DNA of 64,000 nt, from the NCBI RefSeq assembly GCF_009914755.1, contig NC_060939.1. One strand, written 5' to 3'. Source of the DNA: the human T2T-CHM13v2.0 reference genome, Homo sapiens. Of the stretch, positions 61,472 to 64,000 are shown piece after piece. Both the position numbers and the translations under genes were made by a program. Under the pieces are notes generated by a model, which saw nothing but the letters and a program-made list of their open reading frames with translations, made no database searches and had not been told where the DNA came from. Numbering within the stretch: position 1 is the stretch's first letter; each line of letters starts with the position of its first letter.

Positions 61472-62303
61472 TTAGCTGGGCATGGTGACATGCACCTGTA
61501 GTCCCAGCTACTCAAGAGGCTGAGATGGGAGGATCACCTGAGCCCAGGGCAGTTGAGGCTGCAGTGAGCCATGATCACACAACTGCACTCTATCCTGGGC
61601 AATGGAGTAAGACTCTGTAAATAAATAAATAAGTGATGGACCTCTGAAAAGGTCCTTGAGGTTTTTTTGCAGGTTCTGGGCATGGTAGATCCTAAGGGGG
61701 AGTGAGATGGAGAATGGACAAGTCAATAGAACTCAGAACGCCAGACTTTCTGAAGTTCTTCCTCAGTCTTCTTCTCTGAGACTTCTACTCCTTGGTCCTA
61801 GCTTTGTTCCTAGGCGCTGTGCCGCTGTGTCATCCACCCTGCCCTGTACAATATGCAGGAAGCAAGCGAGGAGGGGGTGCCTCAGAGAGACAGTAAGGAG
61901 GAATGAGGACAAGGTGGAATTGGCATGGGCACGTCCTACAGAGTGAGAGGCAGGCCTTAGGGCACCACGTCGCTCTCACGTAGGAATGTGTGTCCAGCAG
62001 CGCCTAGCCTTCAGCTTTTCACAAGAACTCAGGAAATTGAATTTTCTATGCGAAATCTTCCAACTTGGACATGTTGGCTCAAAAATGTTAATAATCTTGT
62101 GTAGGCCAAACAGCATGTCTATAGGCTGGGTCTGGCCCAGACATGGCCCATGACTATAGCTCTGGCTGGTTGATGGTTCTGTCCTTGTCACCCTTGACTT
62201 TTCTTTCTTCTGGATAAATGTCCAGAGAAACAAATGTCCTCTCCTGATTCATTGGTTTCCCCCAAAGATGTGGTTCCCTATACACCCCTCTCCCCAACAG
62301 CTA

Positions 62304-62701
<398 letters not shown>

Positions 62702-63429
62702 TCACACTCCTGGGTGCTGTTTTTCACAGCCATGTGTTCTGTTAAGCAGATTGCAGGCAGCCCTGGTTTGCGTTAGTAATTTCTTAGTGAATGGGTAGTG
62801 TACACCAGGTAAACCTCATTCTCACCCCATGAGTGTAGGGCACACACAGGCTGGGTTCTCCAGGAGCCTGTCTGCAGCCTGTGCCCACGAGGACTTGTTC
62901 CTAGAAGTACGTGAAGGGATACTGTCTGCTTTCTCTTCGGGTCATGCATGCACAGAGGACATGCCGCGCCCCAGCCCCCAGCGCCTTGGCCTGCAGAGGG
63001 CAGAGCTGCTGTGTGGCACAGAACTCAGGACCTATGAGCCTCCTTGGGTGGCCCCTCCTGCCTGCTGTGGCCTCTGCGGCCCTGGCCTTGACTTCCTTTC
63101 CTGTCACTTGCGTGCCTCTGCCACTGGGCCTACCTCTGCCCGAGTGGCAGGAGCTTGCAGCTTTGTATATACGGGCAGTTGGTGACTCATTCCTCAGCAG
63201 CCCCTCAGATAGGGAAGTGAAACAGCCACACCTGATAGGGCCTGACCTTTGGGTGACAGCAGAAGTAGCTAAGCAGACATGAGGCTTGCAGCTAAGGAGG
63301 GAAGTCCTCTCTCAAGCCAGCCTGTGAAGACAGCACCTGCCTGCCCTGACCCTCCTGTGGCCTCCAGGCCTGTGGCTCTGGTAACAGTTTCTTCCTCCCT
63401 CCCCGCCACCCCCTTCTTCTTGGTGACAG

Positions 63430-63525
63430 CTGGAAGTAGCAGTGGTCACAACTGAGAGAGCCAAACATTTCTACAGCCCCCAGGACATTCCTGTCACCCT
63501 CTACAGCGACGCTGATGAATGGGAG
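63430..63525 (+). CDS. PPCDC: PPCDC exon 3, aa 46-77 (LEVAVVTTERAKHFYSPQDIPVTLYSDADEWE); the gene continues beyond the window
   Basis: gacag| acceptor after a pyrimidine tract and GAG|GTCAGT donor. 96 nt, phase 0-0. Hal3/PPCDC-like VVTT..A.HF and D.DEW motifs. Confidence 0.96.
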
Positions 63526-64000
63526 GTCAGTGCTGGGGCCCCTGGGCTGAGTTCCATTGAGTTTCCACCAGCAGGACAGAACAGTCCTCCCTACGGCCTA
63601 TGGTCTGGCAGCTGGAACAGACAGGCTGGGCTCAAGTCTGTGGTCAGGGCCCTCTGGGCAGAGGCAATGAAGAAAACATCTGTCTAGCTTCTGGCCTGCA
63701 GGAGGCCCTAGTCTCCTCCCGGCCCAGGCAGAGCTGGGCTTTGGCCTGGTGCCTGAGGTTGAGTGTCCTTGTACTTATCTGGGCTGATGAAACCACAGAG
63801 GAGCTCTGTTCCCACCACCCTTGTCCACGTGGTTCCTGGCGTCAGGGCTGAAGAGAACGCCTCACTTCCCACGGCCGCCGGGCTCTGCTGCATCTCCCCT
63901 GCGGATGGGTGGGCACTGGCTGATTCACCAGACGCTGAGTGTGGGCCTCACAGGGGTTCCCTGCCAGGCATTTTCAAACATTCTTAGCCTAGAACATTTC

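Noticed and set aside
62900-63430. Possible internal PPCDC promoter (few CpGs, TGACTCA at 63183)
   Set aside because: Motif evidence is too weak without CAGE or chromatin data.

Overview
Primate genomic DNA, almost certainly human chr15q24; the location is inferred from gene identity. The window holds the complete SCAMP5 gene on the + strand: CpG-island exon 1 ending at 15660, coding exons 31828-38971 giving 235 aa, and a 2.5 kb 3'UTR with AATAAA at 41458. About 2 kb downstream, in tandem, is the 5' part of PPCDC: exon 1 ending at 43616, coding exons 48309-48443 and 63430-63525, continuing past the window. An AluJ-interrupted RPS17 processed pseudogene lies between the two genes. Upstream are a Y3 RNA retrocopy and a shattered Tigger transposon. 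The rest is very Alu-rich, with L1, L2, L3, MIR, LTR and hAT fossils. There are no prokaryotic-type systems such as CRISPR. The most interesting inference is that splicing SCAMP5 exon 6 to PPCDC exon 2 is exactly in frame through a stop-free 72-nt leader, which would give a membrane-anchored SCAMP5-PPCDC fusion. The whole PPCDC 5'UTR is also open in frame. Other notable items are an RE1+CRE+BANP/ETS promoter with a (GC)11 tract, a candidate TDP-43-repressed Alu cryptic exon, a 3'UTR rG4, two unannotated-looking degenerate minisatellites and several local templated duplications or inversions. Repeat family calls come from remembered consensus motifs, and repeat boundaries are approximate.
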